Positions 47,111 to 59,720 of a stretch of DNA of 64,000 nt are shown here, in pieces. Each line of letters starts with the position of its first letter. The first letter of the stretch is position 1. The position numbers and the translations under genes are program-made. The notes beneath the pieces were generated by a model, which saw only the letters and a program-made list of their open reading frames with translations, was not told the DNA's origin and did not search any database. Source of the DNA: Pristiophorus japonicus. Taxonomy: Eukaryota. Where the stretch lies: positions 10,974,001-11,038,000 of the forward strand of contig NC_091999.1 of the NCBI RefSeq assembly GCF_044704955.1. The letters run 5' to 3'.

Positions 47111-47494
47111 AATAGAGGATTCAACCCATTCAGGACGCTCTGATTGACCCTTTCCTTACCAAATTCATGGAACCTCTGTATCTGCAGCCGACAGAGAAGT
47201 CACCCATTCAATGCAGTCTGATTAACTCTTATTTTACATAATTTATGGATGCTTTGGAACTTTGCACCAAAGCAGTAATAGCAGAAATCCAAACTTCCTT
47301 TGCAGAGCAGACACCAACAATGCGGCTAGTCAGCATTTGATTGTGTGGGAGGCATTTCTGAAAATCCAAGCTGGACTGTAGTCTATGTCCTTATAGGAAA
47401 ATGGTTCCACATTTTGAGTCCGGGGCGGGAATGAAACCCATATCTAGTTTCTGTAATCTGGAAGCACAGGATTATTAAAAAAGTTTACTTTACA

Positions 47495-47910
47495 TAAGCA
47501 CAAAGGAATTAAGAGTGGGAGTAGGCCATACGGCCTTTTGAGTCTTCCCGCCATTCAATACGTTCATGGCTGATCTTCGACCTCAACTCCACTTTCCCAC
47601 CTGCCCCCCGCATCCTTTGATTCAACTCAAGTCCAAAACTCGATATATCTCAGACTTGAATATATTCAAAGACTCAGCTTCCACAGGCTTTTGGTGTCGA
47701 GAATTGTCAAGATTCACTACCCTCCGAGTGAAGAAATTCCTGCTCATCTCGGTATTAAATGTCTCACCCCTTATCCTGAGACGATGCCCCCTAGTTCAGG
47801 ACTCGACAGTCAGGGGAAACAACCTCTCAGCAGCTACTTTGTCAATCCGTTTTCGGATCTCATATGTTTCAATGAGATCACCTCTCATTCTTTTAAACTC
47901 CAGAGTGTGT
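47495..47910 (-). mobile_element. CR1 3' fragment
   Basis: Reverse-strand CR1 3' UTR. Confidence 0.8.
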
Positions 47911-48382
47911 AGATTTATTTCGGGATCAATGAAATATCTCTAATTCTGTTGGATTTACTGGAGTCTGTAGTTAACCGTGACTCCAGTGAACTTTCTCTCA
48001 CGGGTCAGTTCACTGTTGAACTAACAATGATATAGAATTTTAGGGAAGTGATTTATTAATCCGTGTTATTAGAACGATGACATTTGCTATTACTGAACAA
48101 ACAACAACAACTTGGATCTATATAGCGCCCTTAACGTAGTAAATCAACCCAAGATGCTTCACATTAGTATTGTGAGATAAAACATTTGACGCAGAGCCTC
48201 ATAAGGAGAAATTAGGGCAGGTGACAAAAACCTGGTCAAATAGGTCGGTATTAAAGAGCGTTTTGAAGGAGAACTAGAGAGGCAATGAGTTTAGGCAGGG
48301 AATCCGTGAGCTTAGGGCTGAGGCAGCAGAATTCGTGCAGACATCTTGGCTGGAGAAGATTAAAGAGATAGGGAGAAGCGAG

Positions 48383-51300
48383 TGTTGTGTCTGGACAAAG
48401 AGTCAGACTGAATACCGTGAGCTCAAAGTAACGTGTGACCGTAGTCTTTTATTGCAGGTCTCCAGGGTGGCTCTCCAACCTGTGAAGCCTTCTTAAATAC
48501 CTGTGCTCCCAAGGGGTTATGGGATCCCTTGGGACTCCGGGGAAAGAGCCCTGTGGTGGCTGTACAGAATAAATACAAGTCCACATATATACCAACATTC
48601 CCCCCCCCCAACGTCAATAGGGCAACTATTTACAATGTCAGTCGATCTGGGGACCTTCTTGACCTGGTTGATAATCTCGTTGTGAAAGCTGGTGTTGTTG
48701 AATCATTTGTTGGGCCCTCGTTGTCCTGCCTGGTTTGTCAGGCCCTGCAGGACTGCTGTGGATGATGGGTTCTGATTCGTGGTCAACTGTGGTATCGGTT
48801 GGCAATGGTGTGTGCTTTGGGGGATCATAAAAGTTAGGATCCAAGGTGGAATGCTCAGGGTAGTACATGAATCTGAGTTTGATTTGGTCAAAGTGTTTCC
48901 GGTGAATGAGTCCATTTGCAAGTTTGACCTGAAATACGCTGCTACCCTCTTTGGCCACGACAGTGCCGGGAAGCCACTTGGGTCCTTGTCCATAATTTAA
49001 AACATAAACAGGATCATTGATTTCAATCTCGCGTGACACATTTGCGTTATCATGGTGTGCACTTTGGTGAAGTCGCATGCTCTCTACCTGTTCATGTAGA
49101 TCAGGCTGAAGTAACGAGAGCCTTGTCTTAAGTGCTCTTTTCATGAGCAGTTGAGCAGGTGGGATTCCAGTGAGTGAGTGGGGTCTCGTACGGTAGCAAA
49201 GCAGGACTCTGGATAGGCAGGTCTGCAATGAGCCTTCAGGTACCCTCTTCAAGCCTTGCTTGATGGTTTGCACTGCTCTCTCTGCCTGACCATTGGACGC
49301 TGGTTTAAACGGGGCAGACATCACATGTTTGATTCCGTTACGGGTCATGAATTCTTTGAACTTGACACTAGTAATACATGGCCTGTTGTTGCTCACCAGG
49401 ACATGGGGTAAGCCGTGTGTGGCAAACATGGCCCGAAGGCTTTCAGTAGTGACAGCGGACGTGCTAGCCGACATTATCTCGCATTCAATCCACTTGGAGT
49501 ATGCGTCTACAACCACAAGATACACTTTACCCACGAACGGGCCAGCATAGTCGACGTGTACTCTAGACCACGGTTTGGAGGGCCAAGACCATAAACTTAG
49601 CGGCGCCTCCCTGAGTGCATTGCTTAACTGCGAGCAGATATTACATCTGTGAGCGCAGGACTCTAAGTCTGCATCGATACCGGGCCACCACACGTGGGAT
49701 ATGGCAATCACTTTCATCATTACAATGCCTGGGTGGGTGCTGTGGAGGTCATTGATGAAGGTGTATCTGCCCTTCTTGGGGACCACTACTCGATTGCCCC
49801 ACTGAAGGCAGTCTGCCTGTATAGACATTTCAACTTTGCGCCACTGAAACGGCTTTACCTCTTGCTGCACTTCCACTGGGACACTGGACCAGCTCCCGTG
49901 AAGCACACAGCTTTTGACTAGAGATAATAAGGTGTACTGGCTTGTCCAGGTTTTGAACTGTCGGGCAGTGACGGGTGATTGCTCACTCTCAAATGCTTCA
50001 ATGGCCATGGCGAGATCAGCGGGCTGCACCATTTCCACCCCCGTGGTGGGCAATGGCAGCCTACTGAGAGCATTGTCGCAGTTTTCTGTGCCTGGCCTGT
50101 GGTGGATTGCATTGTTGTATGCGGACAGTTTGAGCGCCCACCGTTGGTATTTATCCTTTTCTCTCGGAAAACAGGGATATAAGTGGCTTATGGTCATCTT
50201 CCAATTCGAATTTTAGCCCAAACATGTATTGATGCATTTTCTTTACCCCATAGACACACGTTAACGCTTCTTTTTCAATCATGCTGTCGGCTCTCTCAGC
50301 CTTCGACAGATTCCTGGATGCATGAGCACCCGGTTGCAGTTTCCCAAAATCATTAGCTTGTTGCAATACACAACGGACGCCATATGACGACGCATCACAT
50401 GATAGTACCACATGCTTACATGGATCATACAACTCAAGCAATTTGTTTGAGCATACCAGTTTTCTCGCTTTTACAAAGGCATTTTCTTGGCTTTTGCCCC
50501 AAACCTATTCGCCCCCTTTTCATAATAAGACATGTAGTGATTCTAGCTGTGTGCTGAGACCTGGTCAGAAGTTACCAAAGTAGTTCAAGAGTCCCAGAAA
50601 TGACAGCAGCTCTGTCACATTCTGTGGCCTCGGGGTATTCGCAATTGCCTCTGTCTTCGAGTTGGTGTGCCTGATGCCGTCGGCCACAATCCTCCTGCCC
50701 ATGAATTCCAATTCAGGCGCCAGAAAAACGCACCGAACATTTTAACCTGAGCCCCACGCGGTTGAGTCGACTAAGAATCTCCTCCAGGTTCTGCAGATAT
50801 TCGACTGTGTTCTGACCTGTGGCCAAGATGTCGTTCTGGAAGACCACGGTGTGCGGAACCGACTTGAGTAAACTTCCCATGTTTCTCTGGAATATTGCCA
50901 CCGCTGATCGGATTCCAAACGGACACCTCTTATAAACAAAAATAGCTTTGTGCGTGTATATGCAGGTGAGGGCCTTCAATGATTCCTCCAGTTCCTGCGT
51001 CATGTAGGCTGAAGTCAGATCCAGCTTTGTAAATGTCTTTCCTCCCGCCAGCGTTGCAAAGAGGTCCTCGGCTTTTGCTAGTGGGTATTGGTCCTGCAGG
51101 GAGAATCGATTACTCGTTACATTATAATCAACACAGATTCTGACGGTGCCGTCTCCCTTGAGGACTGGGACAACAGGACTGGCTGAACTCGATCAGTGAA
51201 ATCATGCCGTCTTGTTGCAGCCAGTCTAGCTCGATCTCTCCCCTTTCTCTCATCATGTATGGTACTGCTCTCGCCTTGTGATGGATGGCTCACGCCCCCG

Positions 51301-52865
51301 GAATTAGGTGGATCTGCACGTTTGCTCCATGGAATGTCCCGATGCCTCGTTCTTACAGCGAAGTAAATTTGTTTAAGACCTGGGCACATGAAGTGTCATC
51401 AGCGGGCAATAGCGCTCGGACATCGTCCCAGTTCCAGCGTTTCTTTCCCAGCGAACCTGTCGAGAAGCGTGGGACCTTCACCCAGTACCACCCAGAGTGG
51501 TAGCGTGTGCACCGTTCCATCATTGGAGACCTTTATGGAAGCACTGCCGATTACAAGAATCAGTTATTTTGTGTAAGCTCTTAGTTTCAGGCGAATTGGT
51601 GTTGAGAATGGCATTGAGGCCTTGCTGCACCACAACCTTTCGAAAGTCTTTTTGCCCATGATGGACGGGCTTGCACCCGTGTCCAGCACCATTGACACCG
51701 GGAGTCTATTGAGTTCAACATTCAGTATTATTGGAGGACAATTCGTGGTGAATGTGTGTATCCCATGTACCTCTGCCTCCTCTATCTATGGCTTTGTTTT
51801 GTCGTGATCCTCCTCTGCAACATGCTGGTTTGCAGGTTTAACAGGCTTAGTAGCTCGCCTACACACTCGTTGGAGGTGTCCCATTGTTCCTCAGCCTTTG
51901 CAAACGTATCCTTTGAATCGGCATGAATGGAAGTGATGATAACCCCCGCAGCGTCAACAAGGTGTTAATGACTTTGCATTCATCAGCCTTGATGGTGGAC
52001 TCTGAGACATCTGCGGACGTGTACTGCAGGTGTGTATGACCTGCCCTCACCGTTATGATTCGAAAACAACATCACTTTGTTCACATTACTTGTAGCAGCA
52101 TTTTTTGTGCTGAAGATAGGCTTAGAATTGTCACTGGTGGCAATGAGCGTCTGCGCTATCGCTATGGCCTTAGTCAAGGTTGGGATCTTTATAGTCAAAA
52201 GTTTGCGAAGTATGGTTTCATGGCCAATGCCAAGTACGAAAAAGTCTCTGAGCATGTGCTCCAAATGATGGCCAAATTCGCTCGGCGACATAACTCGCCA
52301 CTTCCTGGCCTTCAGAGATTTTGTAGGTGTAGAACCGGTACCTCGCTATCAGAACGCTTTCCTTCGGCTTCAATTGCTCTCAGACCAGTGTGTACAAATC
52401 GTCGTACGATTTCTCCGTGGGTTTCGCTGGAGAGAGCAGATTCTTCATGAGGCCATACGTTGGTGCCCCACAGACGGTGAGGAGGATCGCCCTTCATTTG
52501 GAAGCGCTCTCTTCCCCATCTAGCTCGTTGACCACAAAGTATTGGTAGAGTCACTCCACAAACGTTTCCCAATCATCTCCCTCCGAAAATTTCTCCAGGA
52601 TGCCAACTGTTCTGTGCATCTTTGGGATCGCTTTCTGTCTCTCTTCGTCGGTTTGTTGTGTATGAAAAAAGAGTCAGACTGAATACTGTGAGCTCAAAGT
52701 AAAGGGTGACCATAGTCTTTTATTGCAGGTTTCCAGCATGCCTCTCCAAACTGTGAAGCCTTCTTAAATACCTGCTCTCCCACGGGATTATGGGATCCCT
52801 TGGGACACCAGGGAATGAGCCCTCTTGTGGCTGTACAGAGCAAATAGAAGTCACCATATATAACA
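48383..52865 (-). mobile_element. Full-length degenerate Ty3/Gypsy LTR retrotransposon (Mag-like)
   Basis: ~215-bp TG..CA LTRs at 48383-48597 and 52654-52865; G-run polypurine tract 48598-48610; TSD gcgag/gagag. Domain order on the minus strand is gag (Cys/His knuckles), protease LDTGAS, RT (KLDLTSAY, VFQNDIL), RNase H (CDASSYG) and integrase. Confidence 0.95.
48638..50197 (-). CDS. Gypsy pol remnant: integrase with HHCC zinc finger and catalytic core
   Basis: LHSTHPGIVMMK..WWPGID..CNIC; PWSRVHVDYAGP, VVDAYSKWIE, PASNGQAERAVQT. Upstream pol is broken by stops and frameshifts. Confidence 0.85.
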   Translation of the reverse strand: MTISHLYPCFPREKDKYQRWALKLSAYNNAIHHRPGTENCDNALSRLPLPTTGVEMVQPADLAMAIEAFESEQSPVTARQFKTWTSQYTLLSLVKSCVLHGSWSSVPVEVQQEVKPFQWRKVEMSIQADCLQWGNRVVVPKKGRYTFINDLHSTHPGIVMMKVIAISHVWWPGIDADLESCAHRCNICSQLSNALREAPLSLWSWPSKPWSRVHVDYAGPFVGKVYLVVVDAYSKWIECEIMSASTSAVTTESLRAMFATHGLPHVLVSNNRPCITSVKFKEFMTRNGIKHVMSAPFKPASNGQAERAVQTIKQGLKRVPEGSLQTCLSRVLLCYRTRPHSLTGIPPAQLLMKRALKTRLSLLQPDLHEQVESMRLHQSAHHDNANVSREIEINDPVYVLNYGQGPKWLPGTVVAKEGSSVFQVKLANGLIHRKHFDQIKLRFMYYPEHSTLDPNFYDPPKHTPLPTDTTVDHESEPIIHSSPAGPDKPGRTTRAQQMIQQHQLSQRDYQPGQEGPQID

Positions 52866-52967
52866 GAGAGGATATAAAGGGAGTTTAAGACAAGGATGAG
52901 AATTTTGAAACAGAATCGTTGCATAACCGGGAGCCAATGTCGGTCAGCGAGCACAAGACAAGGGACA

Positions 52968-55900
52968 AGAGATTCCAGGTAACAACCCAGCAGTGCTTTT
53001 CAGGGAACCTATACATGGAGACAGAGTGAAGTAGAATGGGGGCAGAAGCAAAAGATAAAAAGAAAGAAAAAGTGGTGGGCAGCGAAACCCAAGGCAAATA
53101 TCAAAAAGGGCCACATTACAGCAAAATTTTAAAGGTGCAAAGTTTGTTAAAAAGACAAGCCTGAAGGCTCTGTGCCTCAATGCGAGGATTATTCGTGATA
53201 AGGTGGATGTATTAACTGCGCAGGGCAACCAAGGCTCCATGGTGACCAAGGCTGCGAACTCAACATCCAGGGGTGTTGAACAATAGACAGAAAGGAAAAG
53301 GATGTGGGGTAGCGTTGCCCGTTAAAGAGGAAATTAACACAATAGTAAGGAGGGGCATTAGCTTGAATGATTTTGAATCTGTATGGGTAGTGCTGCGGAA
53401 TACCAAAGGGCAGAAAACACTAATGGGAGTTGTGTACAGACTACCAAACAGTAGTAGTAAGGTTGCGGACAGCATCAAACAAGAAATTAGGGATGCATGC
53501 AATAAGGGTACAGCAATTATCACAGGCGACTGTAATCTACATATACATTGGGCAAACCGAACTGGTAGCAATACGGTGGAGGAGGATTTCCTGGGGTGTA
53601 TTAGGGATGGTTTTCTCGAGCAATATGACGAGGAACCAATTAGAGGGCTGGCCATCCTAGACTGGGTCATGTGTAATAAGAAAGAACTAATAAACAATCT
53701 TGTTGTGCGAGGCCCCTTGGCAAAGAGTGATCATAATATGGTAGAATTCTTTGTTAAGATGGGAGTGACACAGTTAATTCAGAGACTAGGGTTCTGAATT
53801 AGTGAAAGCTAACTTCGATGCTATGGGACGTGAATTTGCTGGAATAGATTGATGATCGATACTTAAAGGTTTGACGGTGGATAGGCAATGGCAAACATTT
53901 AAAGATCACATGGATGAACTTCAACAGTTGTACATCCCGGACTTGAGTAAACATAAAACGGGGAAGGTGGCTCAACTGTGGCTAGAAAGGGAAATTATGG
54001 ATAGTGTTAAATCCAAGGAAGAGGCATAGAAATTGGGCAGAAAAAGCAGCAAACCTGAGGATTTGGAGAAATTTAGAATTCAGCAGAGGAGGACAAAGGG
54101 TCTAAATAGGTGGGGAATATAGACTTTGAGAGGAAGCTTACTGGGAATATAAAATTGAATGCAAAAGCTTGTATAGATACGTGAAGAGAATAAGATTAGT
54201 GAAGACAAACATAGGTCCCTTGTCGTCAGAAACGGGTGAATTTATAATGGGGAACAAAGGAATGGCAGACCAATTGAACAAATACTTTGGTTCCGTCTTC
54301 ACGAAGGAAGACACAAATAACCTTCCATAAATACTAGGGGACTGAGGGTCTAGTGAGAAGTAGGAACTGAAGGAAATCCTTATTAGTCAGGAAATTGTAT
54401 TAGGGTAATTGATGGAATTGAAGACCGCTATATCCCCTGGGCCTGATAGTCTGCATCCCAGAGTACTTAAGGAAGTGGTCGTAGAAATGGTGGATGCATT
54501 GGTAATAATTTTCCAGCAGTCCATCGATCTCTGGATCAGTTCTGATGGACTGGAGGCGAGCCAATGTAAGACCACTTTTTAAGAAGGGAGGGAGAGAGAA
54601 ATGGGAGAATTATAAATCGTTTAGTCTGACATCAGTAGTGGGGAAAATGTTGGAATCAATTATTAAAGATGGAATAGCAGCGCATTTGGAAAGCAGTGAC
54701 AGGATCGGTCCAAGTCAGTATGGATTTATGAAAGGGAAATCATGCTTGACAAAACTTCTACAATTCTTTGAGGATGTAACTAGCAGAGTGGACAGGGGAG
54801 AACAAGTGGATGTGCTGTATTTGGAATTTCAAAAGGCTTTTGACAAGATCGCACACGACAGATTGTTGTTCAAAATTGAAGCACATGGTATTGGGGGTAA
54901 TGTATTGATGTGGATACAGAACTTGTTGGAGACAGAAAGGAGAGAGTGAGGATAAACGGGTCATTTTCAGAATGGCAGGCAGTGAGTAGTCGGATGCCAC
55001 AGGACTCAGTGCTGGGACCCCAGCTATTTACAATATACATCAATGATTTAGATGAAGGAATTGAGTGTTATATCTCCAAGTTTGCAGATGACACGAAGCT
55101 GGGTGGCGGTGTGAGCTATAAAGAGGATGCTAAGAGGCTGCAGGTTGACTTGGACAGGTTAGGTGTGAGGGCAAATGCATGGTAGATGAAGTATAATGTG
55201 GAAAAATGTGAGGTTATCCACTTTGGTGACAAAAACACGAAGTTATAATATTTTCTGAATGGCCGCAGATTAGGAAAAGGGTTGGTGCATCGAGACCTGG
55301 GTATCATGGTACATCAGTCATTGAAAGTTGGCATGCAGGTACAGCAGGCGGTGAAGAAGGCAAATGGCGTGTTAGCCGTCTTAGCTACGCGATTTGAGTG
55401 TAGGAGCAGGGAGGTCTTACGGCATTTCTACAGGGCCTTGGTGAGGCCTCACCTGGAATATTGTGTTCAGTTTTGGTCTCCTAATCAGAAGAAGGACGTT
55501 CTTGCTATTGAGGCAGCGCAGCGAAGGTTCATCGTACTGATTCCCGGGATGGCAGGACTGACATATGAGGAGAGACTGGATCGACTGGGCCTGCATTCAC
55601 TGAAGTTTAGAAGGATGAGAGGGGATCTCATAGAAACAATTAAAATTCTGACGGGACTGGACAGGTTAGAAGCAGGAAGAATGTTCGCGATGGTGGGGAA
55701 TTCCAGAACCAGGGGACACACTCGCAGAATAAGGGGTAAGCTGTTTAAGACTGAGATGTGGATAAACTGCTTCACTCAGAGAGTTGCAAACGTGCGGAAT
55801 TCTCTAGCGCAGAGAGTTGAAGAATGCCGGTTCATTGGATATATTCAAGAGGGCGTTAGATATGGCCCTTATGACGAAAGACATCAAGTGGTATGGAGAG

Positions 55901-56008
55901 AAAGCAGGAAAGGGTTACTGAGGTTATGATCAGCCTTGATCATATTGACTGATGGTGCAGGCTTCAAGGGTCCTGCACCTATTTTCTATGTTTATATGTT
56001 TCTATATT
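52968..56008 (+). mobile_element. CR1 LINE ORF2 (endonuclease and RT), degenerate
   Basis: LKALCLNAR, GVVYRLPNS, GFMKGKSCLT, KFADDTKLGG, LEYCVQFWSP; TTCTATGT tail. Confidence 0.94.
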
Positions 56009-56029
56009 TAACAATCGCTATGTAAATCA

Positions 56030-56478
56030 CCCAGGAGCAGAGCATGGGTAGCGGTTCAGAGCCCCGGAGTGAGGTTTAGGGGATGGCGGGGGTTCGGAGC
56101 CCATGGTCATGTGTAGCGCGTTTTCAGAACCCACAGTGTGACGGGAAGGGTCAGTTCGTACCCAAGGGTGAAGTGTAAGGCACGTTCAATCCCCAGGATG
56201 AGGTGTAGGGCGGATTCAGAGCCCACAGTGTGAGGTAGATGACTGATTCAGAGCCCGAAATGTGAGGTGTTGGGCGGATTCAGAGCCCGCAATGTTACTT
56301 ATAAGGCGGATTCATAGCCCGCAGTGTGAGGTGCAGTGTGGTTCCGAGCCCCGACGGTGAGGCATAGGGCGGTTCAAACCAGAGGGTGTGCTGTAGGTCG
56401 GGTTCAGACCTCAGAGTGAGCTGCAGGGCGTGTTCAAACCCCAGGGTGATGAGTAGGGCGGATTCGAACCCCACTATT
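56030..56478 (+). repeat. ~32-bp GC-rich minisatellite (~14 units)
   Basis: Unit approximately gggcggattcagagcccacagtgtgaggtgta. Confidence 0.85.
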
Positions 56479-56911
56479 GTGCATCCGTTTTCACATCTTC
56501 CCTGTTAATTTCGTGGACCCAGTGATCGGTGCCTGTACACAGTTTGTTGTTTCAGAGTATGTTGCTGGTTCGGAGTCTGTTTATACACATTCAACAGATT
56601 TCACAAGGTCGCGTCTGTGCTGTTTAAAACAAGCCCCAAGCAAAGAGTTCCCTCAATCTTCACATTCAGGCCGCTTATCTTGAGTTAACCATATGTTTGA
56701 GAGATGTTAGCAGCCGGCAGAGATTTCGACACACTTCAGTGCTGCTGCATTAATAATTATCCAGCTTGGAGGCTGTGTTCGGTTTCTACCGATAGATTCA
56801 ATGTACTAAATATGCGGAATTGTACATTCGCAATCTAACTGCACCAAACCCACTGCTGACAATTGTTCACAGAGGCTAATTTACTGGATCTGTTCAAAAT
56901 CCGCCTGTCAA

Positions 56912-57232
56912 AGCCCAGAACCAGGAGTCACAGTCTATTGATAAGGGGTAAGCCATTTAGGACCGAGATGACGGGAAACCTCTTCACTCAGAGAGTTGTG
57001 AGCATGTGGAATTCACTAGCACAGAAAGTTGTTGAAGCCAGTTCGTTAGATATACTGAAAAGGGAGTTAGAAGTGGCACTTATGGCTAAAGGGATCAAGG
57101 GGTATGCAGAGAAAGCTGGAATGGGGAACTGAAGTGTATGATCAGCCACAATCATATTGAATGGTGGTGCAGGCTCGAAGGGCCGATTGGCCTAATCCTG
57201 CACGTATTCTCTATATTTCTATCTTTCTATGT
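56912..57232 (+). mobile_element. CR1 3' fragment
   Basis: RTRSHSLLIRGKPFRTEM and a TTTCTAT tail. Confidence 0.88.
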
Positions 57233-57719
57233 GAAGATTGGGGAGTAAAAAACAGGAAGTTAACCAGCAGCGACCTAAACTTGCGCCTATCTATATCAGT
57301 GTATTTATTCTCCCATCTACCCAGCTGATAATCACATTAATGTGTGATTACTAATTGCACCGAGACCATGCACAAGCTGTTTGCATCAATCAGTTAACCT
57401 GTGTTGTTTAATACAATGCAATATTTACGGACCAACACAGTTGCAGGATTATTAGCAATATGTCGCAGTGAATTTGAATTGAATGAGACAGAGATTGAAA
57501 AGACGGAAGTAAATCGAGGCCGATTCCATTGCTCCACCCATTCACTGCAGGGGGCAGCCCCATTGTGATATCACTCAGGCTTCGATCGCTGTTGCCACTG
57601 GTGTTTGCACACGTAACTTTACAAAGCCCACCTTTGATATTGGCGCCCTCTGTTGGCGTAATTTGTTCAGGATAAAATCATTGAGGGGATTTCTGGGTTG
57701 TTGATTATATATAAAAATA

Positions 57720-58135
57720 TATGTGCCAGATATTGTGTTTCAACACCACCGATTAGAGCTGCTTAAACGTGCTTATTGTTTCTGAAGCTGTGCGATCCCT
57801 TCTTTTCCCTCCAACTCTGTTTATTCCCTGTCAGTTGCGCAGTAAGCAGAAGCAGTTAGACCACCGACCTCTCGACGCAACCATCGCCCTGCAGCTGTGT
57901 TGCGTGGTTTGTGCAGTTTAACAAAGCCTTGAATTCGCTCAATTTTGTGCCTGCGGCAGCAGCGTGCAATACAGCCATTTGCTGCTCTCCTTCTGACCTT
58001 CCTTTGTAGGCCTGTGCTATTGCAGAGATTGCTTCTGCTGTTCCCTGTTTGGCATTGTTTGGATCAGGTGTGCAATCCGGCCCTATCTATATTTATGCAC
58101 TGACAGACGATTTCCCGGATGAGTGAAAGACAGGG
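57720..58135 (+). promoter_or_regulatory. Orphan family-A V promoter/5' region
   Basis: Inverted homolog of ~390-775; ends before the leader at a GA-rich tract. Confidence 0.7.
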
Positions 58136-58520
58136 AAATCTACACCTGAGTACACAGAGAGAGAAATTAAGGGGGAGACGGAGAGAGAAACATGGAGAGA
58201 AAGTGAGAAAAATGAGAGAGAGATGGGGAGGGAAATAGATGAAATAACAGCAAGACAACAGTGGGACAGATGATAAGGAGTGAGTGAAGCAGTGGGAAAG
58301 AAGGGAGAGGGAAACAGATGCAGCAACACGGATTGTGAAACGGAAAGGAACTAATAAAGGAACAATAATAGATTCAGAAAGAGAAAAGGAATCTGAAACA
58401 ACTATAGAGACAGCGAGTGAAAGAGATGTCGAGACAGCGAGAGAATAATATGTAGAGATTGTGCAAACAGAGAGTGACAGTGAGACAAGCAGAGAGAGAG
58501 AAAGTGAGAGAAGCAATGTC
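58135..58520. repeat. GA-rich simple repeat
   Basis: Purine-rich tract; another lies at ~59380-59520. Confidence 0.8.
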
Positions 58521-59720
58521 TATGTATTCCAGGGTAAACAACACATTACATAAATATGCACGGTAAAACGTGATAGAGAAATGTGTTAATCCGAGAAATG
58601 GCTTAAATTATACAGTGGCATTAGGGCAAGTATGTCCAGGTTCTAACGAGTAAAAGGTAACTTTACGACTAAGATGAAGAGATTGGGGGTCATGCAGAGA
58701 GAGATCGTCACTTGAAATGGACAACGTGACAAAGTCCAACATCAACGAATTATTTTGCAACAAATAAAGGATATTAGGGGGAGTGGGTTCAGGAAGGATA
58801 AATTATGAGGCGTCGAATGGTGTTCCTCATCCGCAAGTACCACGTGATCGTGTGATTCATCGGCAGCAGTTAACAGGCAAACATGTTGAGGGCGCTCCTT
58901 CTGGTGGCGATGTGAAGTTTATATTTAGCTCTGCCTGAGAATACTCTGAATTCTCAATTTGCTGGGATGTTGTTGCGTGATGACGTCATATTCTTGTTTT
59001 ATTATTATACAATATAATGCAGGTATGTATATACACGGTGTGAAATACAACTGCATTGTAAATCTTGGTGATGTCCATTGTTTATTGCAGTGCCCAAGAC
59101 ATGAGTCATGAATGAAGCTCACTCAAAACAATATGAAAACACACCAATTCCAACTCAGAGTTACCGCACCACATATAGTGGATGTACATTTGTTTCATGT
59201 TGCACACCTGTTTAATATATTGTGGGATCTCTAAAGTATCTGCGGCCATTTCAAACATGTTCATGAGGTTCGGTTATCATCTATTATCATTTGTAACTGC
59301 ATCTATTAATTGAGCATTTTGTTGCGTTGAAAAGAGAGATTGAGACAAACAGGTTTTCTACACGCGGCACCTTTATGGAATACGAGAGGGAGAGAGAAGG
59401 AGACAAAGCTAACGACAGAGAGAGACAGACAGACAGACAGATAGATACCGAGACAAAGAGAGAGAACAGAGACGCAGTGAAAGCCAGAGAGATAGAAAGG
59501 GAAACAGGCAGAGAAAGTAATTGGTCTCCAACTAGCATTGATTGGTGCACAACTGTCGTCATTTCAGAGAGACCAGCCAATCCTGTCAATGCGAAACAAC
59601 GCTCATTTTCCCAATAAGTGAAGCATGCGCTGATCTGAGTTTACTCTTTAATATCACACTAGAAGTGTCAAGATATTTAAAACAAACCGCTCTTTGCTGT
59701 CAAACTCTAAAATAGGCATC

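Larger units (their letters stand above)
48098..52965 (-). mobile_element. L2-type element (48098-48382 and 52866-52965) split by the Gypsy insertion
   Basis: caacaacaacttggatctatatagcgcc.. tail on the left; gggagccaatgtcggtcagcgagcaca (reverse LHWLP region) on the right. Confidence 0.65.

Noticed and set aside
47270-47300. Isolated minus-strand YYC codons
   Set aside because: No accompanying V framework or RSS.
56500-56760. Possible V relic (STDFTRSRLCCLKQAPSKE)
   Set aside because: Too degenerate; no acceptor AG, YYC or RSS.
58064-58516. Leu/Ser-rich hydrophobic ORFs (also 31118-31550 and 59287-59589)
   Set aside because: Translations of GA/TC simple repeats.
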